The position numbers were made by a program, and so were the translations under genes. The notes below the pieces were generated by a model. The model was given only the letters and a program-made list of their open reading frames with translations. It was not told where the DNA came from and did no database searches. 64,000 nucleotides of DNA, from positions 2,080,001-2,144,000 of the forward strand of contig JBGANV010000001.1 in NCBI GenBank assembly GCA_044222185.1. The letters are read 5' to 3'. Below, piece by piece: positions 28,922 through 38,863 of the stretch. Position 1 is the stretch's first letter, and each line of letters begins with the position of its first letter. Source of the stretch: Planctomycetota bacterium. GTDB lineage: Bacteria; Planctomycetota; GCA-002687715; CAIWVZ01.

Positions 28922-29779
28922 TCACTTCTTCGCCGGAGCCATCCACTCCTCGAGCAGCTTGCGGAGCCCGGCGATGTACTCCTTCGGCGCCTTTCCCTCC
29001 GCGATCTCAGCGGCCTTCTCCACGCAGGGCACGGCTTCGTCGCCACGGCCGAGTTGTTTGAGGATCCGCCCCTTCCACTCCCACGCCCAGAAGCTGTTGC
29101 TCGCGACGCGAGCCTCTTCGGCCCAGCCGAGCGCCTCCGTGAGCCGCGTGCCCTTGTTGCTGTAGTACTTGGCCGCCTGCAACAGCGGCGCCACGTCCTC
29201 TTTCTTGCGAGTCGCGAGCGCAGTCGCGAGCTTGCGGTCGACGATGGCGCTCACGTCGACGTGCACGCGGAACGACCAGCGGATCCGATCCCAGCGGAAC
29301 GACACCTCGGCGTTCTCGTCGTCGACGGGATCGATCGCGAGAGTCATCCATTCGCAGACGTCGGCTCGGGACTCCGCCTTCACGTCGAAGCGAAGCACGT
29401 CCGCTTTCTCGTCGTAGAAGTACGAACCCCACTGTTTGGCCTGCCGATTGAGGATGATCGTCCACGCATCGTCCTTGACCGTCGCGAAGAGGGCGTACGT
29501 ACCGGCCGCCAGCTCCTTCCCGGCGATCGTGCACGGGTCTCCAACCTCGAACGTCGTGGCTTCGTTCGCACCGAGACGCCAGACCACGCCCGCGTTCGCG
29601 ATCTCCTTGCGCAGGTCGCGTCCCTTCACGGCGGGCCGGTGATAGCGAACCTCGATCTTCGTGGTGCCGACCACGAGGCTCGAAGATGCCGCCGGGCTCG
29701 GCCATGGCGTGAGGGGCTCCTGTGAGATCAGGTCGACCGAACAGACCATCGCCAGGATCAACGCAGCGGAACGAATCAT
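28922..29779 (-). CDS. DUF2911 domain protein with C-terminal TPR
   Basis: Signal peptide; PSP, YHRPAVKGR, WRLGANEAT, AGTYALF, WTIILN motifs; SD GAGGAG. Confidence 0.88.
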   Translation of the reverse strand: MIRSAALILAMVCSVDLISQEPLTPWPSPAASSSLVVGTTKIEVRYHRPAVKGRDLRKEIANAGVVWRLGANEATTFEVGDPCTIAGKELAAGTYALFATVKDDAWTIILNRQAKQWGSYFYDEKADVLRFDVKAESRADVCEWMTLAIDPVDDENAEVSFRWDRIRWSFRVHVDVSAIVDRKLATALATRKKEDVAPLLQAAKYYSNKGTRLTEALGWAEEARVASNSFWAWEWKGRILKQLGRGDEAVPCVEKAAEIAEGKAPKEYIAGLRKLLEEWMAPAKK

Positions 29780-30100
29780 GAGAACTCCTCAGGTAGGGGC
29801 CGTGTCACGATGTCTCAGGTCGGAAAAAGCTTACGAGGTCGACCGAAAACCCGTCCACCGTGTTCCTCTTAACCGAGTGTGTCGGATTCGTTGGACGGAC
29901 GAGACCAAACAGCCGGTTTGACTCTCCTTCGCGAAATGCTGATGATCCGGCCGCAACCTTTCCGGGACGGCCTCGACGTCCCCCGCATGCAGCCGCGAAT
30001 CGACGCGAAGGTCGCCGCGGGCAGGCGCAATGGCACGTACTTGCCGTCACGCTGACGGACTCGTCCCTACCCGCGAACCACGCAACCCAGGAGTGATCGA

Positions 30101-31588
30101 ATGTCCAGGATCGCCAACGTCCGGCGCGCGCTCGGCGCCGTTCTCGTCACCCTCTGCATCTCCCTCGGATCGACGGCCTCTGCGCAGTCACCCATCGGAA
30201 CCGGGAACCTGGTCGCCGTCCGCATCGGCGACGGCGTGGCCGCGCTCAGCGGTTCGTCCCAGGCGACGTTCCTGGACGAATTCACGACGGCAGGAACTGC
30301 CGTGCAGTCCGTCGCCATGCCGACGGCGGTGAGCGGAACCAACTACCGGCTCACGAACTCGGGCACGGCGACGTCCGAAGGCAACCTGAACCTGTCGACC
30401 GATGGCCGCTACTTGATCCTGTGCGGGTACGACGCGGCGCCCGGAACGACCGGCATCGCAGCCACGACCACCAGCGGCGCCACCGCCGTCCTCCGCGTGA
30501 TCGGCCGCGTCGATCGCAACCTCGGCATCGACACGACGACGGGTCTCACGGCGTACTCCGCCACGAACATCCGCTCGGCGACGAGCGTCACGGGCAACGA
30601 TTTCTGGGTCGGTGGACCGACGAACGGCGTCAGCTACGTGCCCAGCGTCGGCGCGACGACCTCCACCCAACTCGTGACGAACCCGAACAACATCCGCGTC
30701 GTTCGGATCTTCGGCGGCCAGCTCTTCACCGGTTCCGCCACGGGTGCGTACCAGGGCGTGAGCGCCGTGGGCGTCGGGACTCCGACCACGTCGGGACAGA
30801 CTCTCTCGCTCCTCCCGGGATTCCCCACGGCGACCGGTCCATCGGCCTATGACTTCTTCTTCGCGGACGCGAACACGCTCTACGTGGCCGACGACCGCAC
30901 GAACGGGTCGGGCGGGATCCAGAAGTGGGTTCTCACGGCCGGGACGTGGACGCTCCAGTACACGCTCGCCATCGCGCCGACGGTCGGCTGCCGCGGCCTC
31001 ACCGGCGTCGTCTCGCTCGGCACGACCACGCTCTATGCCACCACGACGGAATCGAGCGCGAATCGCATCGTGACGGTGACGGATGCGGGCGCGGGATCGC
31101 CCTTCACCGTTCTCGCCACGGCCGCCGTGAACACGGTGTACCGCGGCCTCCGCTTCATGACGCCTCTCGCGAGCGTGAGCGTCGTCGGAACCGGCTGCCC
31201 GGGTACGGGCTCGCTCGTTCCCACGCTCTCCACGTCGCAGCTGCCGTTCCTCGGCAACCTCGGTTTCTCGGTCGACGTCGCGCAGGGTGCGTCCGGCTCG
31301 GCGGCCTTCCTCTACGTGTCGCTCGGGACGGATCCGAACGGCGTGGCCGTCGGTGGCGGCTGCACCGTCTACCTCGATTTCCCGAGCCTCCTGATCCTGC
31401 TCCAGGCGAACATCACGCCTACGGGCCCGGTGCCCACGGGCATCGCCGGTGACGCCGTGATTCCGTTCCCGATCCCGGATCTGGCGCAGCTCGCCGGTCT
31501 GCACGTCGGGTTCCAGTCGGCGATCGTGGATGCCGGCTCACCGCTCGGGCTCACGCTCACCAACGCGCTCGACTGCGTCCTGAACTGA
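30101..31588 (+). CDS. Secreted Thr/Gly-rich beta-rich protein with the shared C-terminal domain
   Basis: Signal peptide; GNLVAVRIGDG, SEG.L.LS.DG and YVADD motifs; ends IPDLAQLAGLHVGFQSAIVD...LTNAL; SD CAGGAG. Confidence 0.85.
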   Translation: MSRIANVRRALGAVLVTLCISLGSTASAQSPIGTGNLVAVRIGDGVAALSGSSQATFLDEFTTAGTAVQSVAMPTAVSGTNYRLTNSGTATSEGNLNLSTDGRYLILCGYDAAPGTTGIAATTTSGATAVLRVIGRVDRNLGIDTTTGLTAYSATNIRSATSVTGNDFWVGGPTNGVSYVPSVGATTSTQLVTNPNNIRVVRIFGGQLFTGSATGAYQGVSAVGVGTPTTSGQTLSLLPGFPTATGPSAYDFFFADANTLYVADDRTNGSGGIQKWVLTAGTWTLQYTLAIAPTVGCRGLTGVVSLGTTTLYATTTESSANRIVTVTDAGAGSPFTVLATAAVNTVYRGLRFMTPLASVSVVGTGCPGTGSLVPTLSTSQLPFLGNLGFSVDVAQGASGSAAFLYVSLGTDPNGVAVGGGCTVYLDFPSLLILLQANITPTGPVPTGIAGDAVIPFPIPDLAQLAGLHVGFQSAIVDAGSPLGLTLTNALDCVLN

Positions 31589-31605
31589 CGCGCGGAATGC
31601 GCTCG

Positions 31606-31639
31606 CACCGGCGTCGGCCCGTCGCGGGCCGGCCCGGTG
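31606..31639. terminator. GC-rich hairpin between convergent genes
   Basis: caccgg..tcggcccg / cgggccgg..ccggtg imperfect inverted repeat; no U-tract. Confidence 0.45.
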
Positions 31640-31640
31640 A

Positions 31641-33662
31641 TCAATCGAGCAGTGTCACACCGAGGATCACGTCTCCCGGGACGAGAGCGTCGACGACGTC
31701 CATCCCGGACTCGACGTCACCGAAGTTCGTGTAGCGGCCGTCGAGGTGCGGTGTTGCGCGGTGGCAGATGAAGAACTGGCTGCCACCCGTGTCCTTGCCG
31801 GCGAGCGCCATTCCCACGGACCCGCGAACGTAGGGGCGGGCATTCAGCTCGCAGCGAATCGTGTAGCCGGGGCCGCCCCAGCCATCGCCGCGCGGGCATC
31901 CCGCCTGGGCGACGAACGCGGGCACGACGCGGTGCCACAGGATGCCGTCGTAGAAGCCCGACTTCGCGAGGCGCACGAAGTTCGAGACGGTGATCGGCGC
32001 CTCCGACGTCACGAGGCGCAGAGTCACGTCGCCCCGGTTGGTGCGGAGTTTCGCGCGCACCACGGCATGAGCGTGCGTGAAGTCCACGCGCTCCCAGGCG
32101 GCGGCGTAGAGGCGGCGCAGGTCGTCGACGCGCAGGCGCACACCCGAGGTCTTCAGGCCCAGTGCTTCGCGGGCCTTCGCCGAGGTGTCGATCTCGGGAC
32201 TCGCTGCGAGGCGTTCGAGAGCCCGCGTGCCCGTCTCGCCGCCGACGGTCTTCGCGTAGTCGATGACCGACTGCAGGCATTCGACCTCACAGGCAGGGAC
32301 AGCCTTCACGAAGTCCATGGGGTCCGGGCCGTCGAACGCGCCGCGGGTCGTCGCGCTGATCCCCGCGAGGAGCTTGGCGAGAAGCGAGACCTCGACCGTG
32401 TCGGTCGTGACGACGGTGAGGGTCTTGCGCTTGCCCTCGGCGGACGGCGTCACGCGAAGCATCGATTCGGGGATCAGTCCGAGCTTCTCGCGCTCGACGC
32501 CCTGGGCGGCCTGATCTCCGGGCTTGCCGCTCGTGCCCACGGGCTCGGCGAGCTTCTCGAGCACGGCCGAACGCACGCGTCGGTCAGGGTCTTCGAGGAA
32601 GGTGCGCACGCGCCCGACGAGGTCGGGCCGACCGGCGCAGGCCTCGCCGGCCGCCGAGCGCACGGACCACGGATCGGCGAGACGCAGCCGCGGAAGCTCG
32701 GCGATGAACCGCTCCTCGTCCAAAGCCAACAGCGCGAGCACGGCGGCGCGCCGCACGTCGGCGACGGGATCGTCGGCGATCGACGCGAGGGCCCGCTCCG
32801 TCAGCATCGTCTTGGCCGGCGACGCGACGCGCACGGCGAAGCCCGCGGTCGTCTCGAAGGCCGTGCGGCGCAGATGGGGATCCGTCGAGTCGAGGGCGGA
32901 CGTGAGGCAGCGAATTGCCGGCGTTGGCGCGAGATAGCCGAGCGCCCGGAGCCGATCGATCTGCGCGACCCGATCCCCGCCGGCGACGTAAGCCGCCGCG
33001 ATCACCCGCGCGCTCGCGTCCACGTCGCCGCCGGCTCGCGCGAGAGCGCGCGCCGAGAGGCCCGCAATCTCTGGGTCCTCGGACGGGAGGCGAGCCATGA
33101 TGTCGTCGACCTGCGACGCCGTCGCACGCTTCCCGCGCACGAAGTAGTGCAGGGCTCCACGAACGAGTTCGGGCGGTGCGTCAGTCCGCCCGAGGATGGC
33201 GTCGGCGCGCGCGGCGTCGGCTTCGTTGGCGCCGTCCCCCGTTGCGAGTGCGCGTTCCTGCGAAAGGGTGACGGGAGCACCAGGTTCGAACATGATGGCG
33301 GACGCGAGGAAGTCGCTCGCAGCCGCAACCGGTGCGGGCGGCATCACGCCTCCAGCAAGCAGCCGCGAGTCGTACGCAGCAGGCAAACACGCGCGGGCCG
33401 CCGCGAGCACGACGGCGCGCCGCTCGTTCATGAGCGATGCCTCGTAGAGCGCGCGCCAGATCGCGGGGTCGGTCACCCGTGCATCCTCGAGAAACGCCCG
33501 TGCCACTTCCCGGGAAATGGGCGAAGCGGTGAAGCCGCGCTGCACGCCGTCGAAGAACGCCTTCACTTCCCCCGCCGGATCGACCTGCTGCGCGATCGCA
33601 CCGGAGATTGCAACGCCGAACGCGATCGCTGCCGTGATGCCGTGAATGAAATTCCGATTCAT
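31641..33662 (-). CDS. Exported HEAT-repeat protein with C-terminal cyclophilin-type PPIase
   Basis: APITVSNF..L..GFYDG..WHRVVPAFVAQAGCP, GMALAGKDTGGSQFFI, PHLDGRYT; HEAT-like repeats; SD GGAGG before ATG 33662. Confidence 0.9.
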   Translation of the reverse strand: MNRNFIHGITAAIAFGVAISGAIAQQVDPAGEVKAFFDGVQRGFTASPISREVARAFLEDARVTDPAIWRALYEASLMNERRAVVLAAARACLPAAYDSRLLAGGVMPPAPVAAASDFLASAIMFEPGAPVTLSQERALATGDGANEADAARADAILGRTDAPPELVRGALHYFVRGKRATASQVDDIMARLPSEDPEIAGLSARALARAGGDVDASARVIAAAYVAGGDRVAQIDRLRALGYLAPTPAIRCLTSALDSTDPHLRRTAFETTAGFAVRVASPAKTMLTERALASIADDPVADVRRAAVLALLALDEERFIAELPRLRLADPWSVRSAAGEACAGRPDLVGRVRTFLEDPDRRVRSAVLEKLAEPVGTSGKPGDQAAQGVEREKLGLIPESMLRVTPSAEGKRKTLTVVTTDTVEVSLLAKLLAGISATTRGAFDGPDPMDFVKAVPACEVECLQSVIDYAKTVGGETGTRALERLAASPEIDTSAKAREALGLKTSGVRLRVDDLRRLYAAAWERVDFTHAHAVVRAKLRTNRGDVTLRLVTSEAPITVSNFVRLAKSGFYDGILWHRVVPAFVAQAGCPRGDGWGGPGYTIRCELNARPYVRGSVGMALAGKDTGGSQFFICHRATPHLDGRYTNFGDVESGMDVVDALVPGDVILGVTLLD

Positions 33663-34657
33663 GATTTCACCTCCGCGCGGGGGCGGTTGAGCGCGAGCAA
33701 CATCAGGGCGACGACCACCGTGAGCGTCCCGACGACGGACGTCCACTTGGGCCACTTGTCGAAGAACATCACGTCGAACGCGAGGCCGAAGATGGGCCCG
33801 GTCATGGTGACCGCCGTCGCGCGCGCGGCCCCGGCGCGAGCGAGGCCTTCGGTCAGCGCGAACTGACCGACGAGACCTGCCGTGGCGACGGCGACGTGAG
33901 CAATCCAGTCGTGCAGATTGGTCGGAAGCGCCGGCGCCCCGGCTCGGATCGACATGATCAATGCGCCGGGAATCATCACCCCCGAGAACCAGACGAGCAC
34001 GGTGAGCGGGTGCTCGGTCTTCGCCAGGTCACGCACCGTGAGGTAGGCGAACCCCGACAGCACGGAGCCGAACAGCCCCACGCTCGCCTCGCGGTTGATG
34101 GTCCCGCTGGGTCCGACGATGAACGCCACACCGGCCAGCGCGACGACCACGAGCGGCCAATGCCAACGCCCCGTGCGTTCGTGAAGGAGGAGGGGCGCGA
34201 GTACGGCGACGAAGACCGGATGGCTGTATTGCAGCAGCACGGCGTCGCCGAGCGGAATGTGCTGGACGGAGTAGAAGTAGCAGGACACCGCGAGGTAGCC
34301 GAGCAGCCCGCGAAGCATGAGTTTGTGAGGCCGCACGCCGACGACGGACACGCGCTTCGCGAGCGCCATCCCGAGGAACACGATCGTCATGATCACGGCA
34401 CGTGAGAGCACGACCGACTGCGTGGGAACGTGCGGGAGCATGGCCTTGGCGATGGCCGCCATGAGCGCGAAACACGCGGCCGACAACACCATCAACGCGA
34501 GACCGCGCAGGTCCGCCGTCGCACGACCCGCGGCTCGCACGTTGCCCCAGATGTCGGCGACGCCCGTCAACAGGAGCGACAATCCACCGCGTCGCGGCGA
34601 CGGCGTCTCAGGGGAATCTGCGGCCCTTGCGGATCGTGGGTCGATGGGCGCGGCCAT
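33659..34657 (-). CDS. DMT/EamA-family transporter
   Basis: About 10 TM helices; LRGLLG, PLGDA..LQYSHPVF, LLHER motifs; stop overlaps the next start (ATGA). Confidence 0.88.
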   Translation of the reverse strand: MAAPIDPRSARAADSPETPSPRRGGLSLLLTGVADIWGNVRAAGRATADLRGLALMVLSAACFALMAAIAKAMLPHVPTQSVVLSRAVIMTIVFLGMALAKRVSVVGVRPHKLMLRGLLGYLAVSCYFYSVQHIPLGDAVLLQYSHPVFVAVLAPLLLHERTGRWHWPLVVVALAGVAFIVGPSGTINREASVGLFGSVLSGFAYLTVRDLAKTEHPLTVLVWFSGVMIPGALIMSIRAGAPALPTNLHDWIAHVAVATAGLVGQFALTEGLARAGAARATAVTMTGPIFGLAFDVMFFDKWPKWTSVVGTLTVVVALMLLALNRPRAEVKS

Positions 34658-34819
34658 GGGGCAAAGGATGCCCGTCAAGGCGGTGCCGGACAAGAAGATG
34701 CGGCCGAACCCGCTCAGGTGTAGAGTCGCGACCAGACTCGGGCTTCCGGCGTCGGCATCGCGATTCTGCGGACACCGCCAACACTCCCCGCGGCTGCGGC
34801 AACGACTCCTGCAGAAGCC

Positions 34820-37800
34820 ATGAACACGACGCCTCCCATGCTCGATCAACTCCTCCACCACGCAGGTTGGGCCCATCGGCTCGCTCGACGGCTCGTGCGC
34901 GACGCCGCCGCGGCGGACGACGTCGTCCAGTCGACGTGGTGCTCGGTGGTGCGTCGAGGCGCGGAGATTCGCGTCGCGCCGAGAGCGTGGCTGACGGGTG
35001 CGATCCGGAACGCCGCCGCCGAGTGGCGCCGTGCGGCGCAACGCCGTGCGCGCCGCGAGGAGCGCGCCGCGACTCGCGAAGGAGTGACGCTCGACCCGGC
35101 AGAGATCGCGCAGAGAGCCGAAGGGCAGCGCATCCTCGCCGACGCCGTGACGACCCTCGACGAGCCGTACCGATCCACCGTCATGCTTCGCTACTTCGAC
35201 GACCTGTCCGCCGCCGACATCGGACGCCGACTTGGTGTCCCGGCGGCGACCGTCCGGTGGCGCCTGATGAAGGGATTGGATCTGCTGCGCGAACGCCTCG
35301 ACGAGCGTCATCATGGCGATCGTCGCGCGTGGTGTCTGATCTTCATCCCTCTCGCGGGGCGTCCTCTGCTCCTGGCTTCGCTGAAGGCCGGCCTGATCCA
35401 GGCCGGCAAAGGAGCCATGGTCATGAAACCCGCGACGAAGGTCTCGGCTGCCGCAGTCCTGCTCATCGCAACGCTCGGCACGGCGTTCCTGCTCACCCGC
35501 GACGGAGGCGACGATCTCCCGCGCTCACGACCCGCGACGGATGCCGGCGCGGGCAGAATCGTCCCCGTCGCTCGCAGCGAGCTGCGCGCGCCAGCGGATC
35601 CAGTGGTGCCGTCGCCATTCCGTGAGACCGACCCCAAGCCCGCCGCCACGGGTGCCGTTGCGTCCGCGGCAGCGGGGGCGTCGGTCCACGTCGTGGGGCG
35701 GTGTCTGGACTCCGACGGTCGTCCGATCGCCGGCGCCCTGGCCTTCGAAGCGCGCTTCCCGGAAACGCTCCGAGCGATGACGACTGCCGACGGGCGGTTC
35801 GACTTCCGGCTCGAAGACGCGGCGCTCATCCGATCGCTCGGTCTCGATACCCAGGAGCAGGATGGGCGGTTCGTCATCACGGCGGCCGGTCATGCGCGTG
35901 CGGTCCGCGGTGGTCGCGTTCGCGTGGGGACGCTGACCGACGTCGGCGACGTGGTGTTGAAGCCGGGCGGGTCGCTCCAAGGGCGCGTCGTCGGCGACGC
36001 TGGCCAGCCGATCGCCGGGGTGCTCGTGGTGCCCTGCACAGCCGATTCCCGCACCGGGCCCGACACTCCGACTCCCCACGTGGGATTCGAGGAGGATCGC
36101 ATCGAGGCGCGCGCCGTTCGCTCTCTCATCGGCCACCTCGCCGGCTCGATGACGAACAGCGAGTCAGAACAGGCCGCCGTGCGCTCGGCGCTGGGCGACG
36201 ACCAGGAGTTTGGCGTGAGTCGCCCGTGGGAGGTCGCGTCCGCAATCACGCGCGCCGACGGCACGTTCCAGGTAGACGGGCTGCCGGAAGGACCGACGCG
36301 AATTCACGCCACGAAGCCCGGATGGCTCGGTACGACCAGCGAGCCCGTCACCATCACCGCGGGGCGCACGGCCGAGATGCCCGAGATCGAGATGCCCCCC
36401 GAGGGTGGAAAGAAACACGTACTCCGGGGCCGCGTCGTCGACTCGGGTGGCCAGCCGGTCTCCCGACCGTGGGTCGACGTCGGGTTCAAGTCCACGTCGC
36501 CGCACGACGGCTCATCGAGGTTCGCGCAGCATGCGACGAACGAGGGCCATTTCGCCGTCTCGACGAACCTCGACGGCGCGTGGACGTTCCGCGTGCGGGA
36601 CAAGTCGGGGCGGCTGGGATCCGCGTGCGTGCCGAACGTCGGGTGCGAGACCGAGACGCTCACGATCACGCTCCCGCAACCGCGCTCGTTCCGGGTGCGA
36701 GCGACCCACGCGGGCAAGCCGATCGACGGGTTCGCCGCGACCCTCGTGGCGAAGGACTCTCCCGAAGACGCGACCGCCGCGTCTTCGGACGCGCTCGGTC
36801 ATTTCGAGGCCAGCGCAATCCGCGACGGCTGGCTGTCGGTCACGATCCCGGCCGAACCGTTCGCCGTCGAAGTGGAGGCGCCGGGGTTCAAGCGTCGCCG
36901 TTCGCCGGTGCTGACGCCCGAGACCGTCGGTGATGAACTGACGCTCGATCTGCTCCGCCTCGGCTCGTTGCACGGGCGGATCTCCAGCGCCGGCGTGGCC
37001 GTAGGCAACGCGTCCGTCGTCGTGCATCAGGCGCACGACGAAACGACGAGCGCGATGATCAACGGGTTTCTCTCGTGGGTGGAGACGCCGTCCGTCGCCG
37101 AGGGACGAACCGACGCGAACGGCGCCTACGACCTCCCCGTGCGAACGGCGGGCACGTACGTCGTCGAAGTGGTCGCGCCAGGCTTCCCGCGGACATACTC
37201 CGAGCCCGTCGCGGTAGATCCCGCGATCGGCGCGACTCACGACGTGAGAATCGCGCACGGTGGGGTCATCCGCGGGCGAGTGATCACGGCGCCTGGCCGG
37301 AGCCCGGCCGGAACGATCGTGGGCGTATCGCAGGGTGGGCCCGACGCTGAAACACGCCGAGTCCAAGCCGACGGCTCGTTCGCATTCGAGAACCTCGCCG
37401 AGGGACCGTGGATGGTTCGGGTTGTTCGTCGTGAGGTCACGCCGGACCGGACGTGGAGCGTCACGCTGAAGAAGCGCCCGCCACCGTTCGCATGGGACTG
37501 CCGGGTTCGCGCAGGCGAGACGACCACATTCGACGTCGACTTGAGTGCATCCGGCACCCCGTGCGTCGTCGAAGGTGTCGTGCCGACGCAGCTCGCGCCG
37601 AAGGCCGAGTGGACGGCTGCGCTGGTGACGACGGAAGACCCGCTCGGATACAGCACCCGCACCGTCAAGGGCACCGTCGCCTTGGACGGCACGTTCAGGA
37701 TCGACGCCGAGGGCGCGGGAACGGCCACCCTGCTGCTCACCGCTGGCGGCGGCTCGGCGCCGCGTGTCAAGATCCGCGACGAGGTCTTGCTGCGCCCGGG

Positions 37801-38065
37801 GGCGATCCGTTGGACGGGGATCACGCACTTCGGGACGCTGCGGGTGGGGGGCCGGTCGGGCGGCGACGTGCGCCACGTCCTGCGGCGCGATCCGGGCCTG
37901 ACGGTCGAGACGATGGTGGTCAGGGATCCGACCGGGAATTTCTTACCAGCCATCGTCCCCGCCGGAGCCGCGGAACTCACGCGAAAAACGGCCGATGGCG
38001 AGGGGCCGTCGGCGGTGCCCGTCGTCATCGCGACGGAGGGCACCCTCGACTTCCAGATCCAGTGA
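34820..38065 (+). CDS. ECF sigma-70 factor fused via a TM helix to multiple carboxypeptidase-regulatory-like (Ig) domains
   Basis: Region 2 (RLARRLVRD..ADDVVQ.TW) and region 4 (LDEPYR...LRYFDDLS..DIGRRLGVP.ATVR); TM VSAAAVLLIATLGTAFLL; repeated GRV.D..G.PI.G and T.ADG.F motifs. Confidence 0.88.
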   Translation: MNTTPPMLDQLLHHAGWAHRLARRLVRDAAAADDVVQSTWCSVVRRGAEIRVAPRAWLTGAIRNAAAEWRRAAQRRARREERAATREGVTLDPAEIAQRAEGQRILADAVTTLDEPYRSTVMLRYFDDLSAADIGRRLGVPAATVRWRLMKGLDLLRERLDERHHGDRRAWCLIFIPLAGRPLLLASLKAGLIQAGKGAMVMKPATKVSAAAVLLIATLGTAFLLTRDGGDDLPRSRPATDAGAGRIVPVARSELRAPADPVVPSPFRETDPKPAATGAVASAAAGASVHVVGRCLDSDGRPIAGALAFEARFPETLRAMTTADGRFDFRLEDAALIRSLGLDTQEQDGRFVITAAGHARAVRGGRVRVGTLTDVGDVVLKPGGSLQGRVVGDAGQPIAGVLVVPCTADSRTGPDTPTPHVGFEEDRIEARAVRSLIGHLAGSMTNSESEQAAVRSALGDDQEFGVSRPWEVASAITRADGTFQVDGLPEGPTRIHATKPGWLGTTSEPVTITAGRTAEMPEIEMPPEGGKKHVLRGRVVDSGGQPVSRPWVDVGFKSTSPHDGSSRFAQHATNEGHFAVSTNLDGAWTFRVRDKSGRLGSACVPNVGCETETLTITLPQPRSFRVRATHAGKPIDGFAATLVAKDSPEDATAASSDALGHFEASAIRDGWLSVTIPAEPFAVEVEAPGFKRRRSPVLTPETVGDELTLDLLRLGSLHGRISSAGVAVGNASVVVHQAHDETTSAMINGFLSWVETPSVAEGRTDANGAYDLPVRTAGTYVVEVVAPGFPRTYSEPVAVDPAIGATHDVRIAHGGVIRGRVITAPGRSPAGTIVGVSQGGPDAETRRVQADGSFAFENLAEGPWMVRVVRREVTPDRTWSVTLKKRPPPFAWDCRVRAGETTTFDVDLSASGTPCVVEGVVPTQLAPKAEWTAALVTTEDPLGYSTRTVKGTVALDGTFRIDAEGAGTATLLLTAGGGSAPRVKIRDEVLLRPGAIRWTGITHFGTLRVGGRSGGDVRHVLRRDPGLTVETMVVRDPTGNFLPAIVPAGAAELTRKTADGEGPSAVPVVIATEGTLDFQIQ

Positions 38066-38183
38066 AGCCGCCCGGGTCGGTGCCGACGTCGGCTTCCGCG
38101 TCGCCTCTCACAAACGACCGCGGCATGACCCTGGTTCATCGTCGAGACCACGTATCATGCCGCCCACCGAGAGGCCCCACGGA

Positions 38184-38846
38184 ATGCCCGAAAAGGAATC
38201 CATCACCGTCTATCTCGTCGATGACCAGGCCATGATCCGGGCCGCATTCGCGAGCTGGATCCGCCAGTCAGATGGGATGACGGTGGTCGGAGAACAGGGC
38301 GATCCCCGTATCGCCATCACCGAGATCGCGCGTATCCGACCGGACGTCGTGATCCTCGACATCGCCATGCCGGGGCTTTCGGGTCTCGACGCCATCCCTT
38401 CGATCCGCGAGAAGAACCCCCACGGTCGCGTGCTCATGATGAGCAACCACGAGGGCGAGACGTTCGTTCAGCAGGCGCTCACGCAGGGGGCTGACGGCTA
38501 CCTCTCGAAGGATTCGAAGCCCGAGGAGCTGGTACTCGCGATCAAGTCCGTGCGACGCGGGATGCCGTACATCTCGCCCAAGGTTGCCGGCGGCCTGCTG
38601 CCGCGCGCCAAACCGCGCGAAGACGCGCCCGCGACGAGCAGTGGCGTTCAGTCGCTGACGGGTCGTGAGCGGGAGGTGTTCCTCCTCCTCGCCGTCGGCA
38701 AGAGCAACAAGGAGATCGCGCGCGAACTCGGCATGTCCATCGGGACTGCCAAGAAGCATCGCGAGAACCTCCAGCGCAAGCTCGACTGCCACTCGCCCGC
38801 CGACCTCGCCCGCCTCGCGATTCGCGAAGGCCTCCTGGGCGCCTGA
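38184..38846 (+). CDS. NarL/LuxR-family response regulator (copy 1)
   Basis: VDD, LDIAMP.LSG (phospho-Asp), GYLSK and LT.RE.EV.....G.SNKEIA HTH. Confidence 0.93.
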   Translation: MPEKESITVYLVDDQAMIRAAFASWIRQSDGMTVVGEQGDPRIAITEIARIRPDVVILDIAMPGLSGLDAIPSIREKNPHGRVLMMSNHEGETFVQQALTQGADGYLSKDSKPEELVLAIKSVRRGMPYISPKVAGGLLPRAKPREDAPATSSGVQSLTGREREVFLLLAVGKSNKEIARELGMSIGTAKKHRENLQRKLDCHSPADLARLAIREGLLGA

Positions 38847-38863
38847 TCCGCGGGGCCGACCAG

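Noticed and set aside
29780-30100. Possible riboswitch in the divergent intergenic region
   Set aside because: Only short hairpins (e.g. caaac-agccg-gtttg) and no recognisable aptamer consensus; more likely divergent promoters
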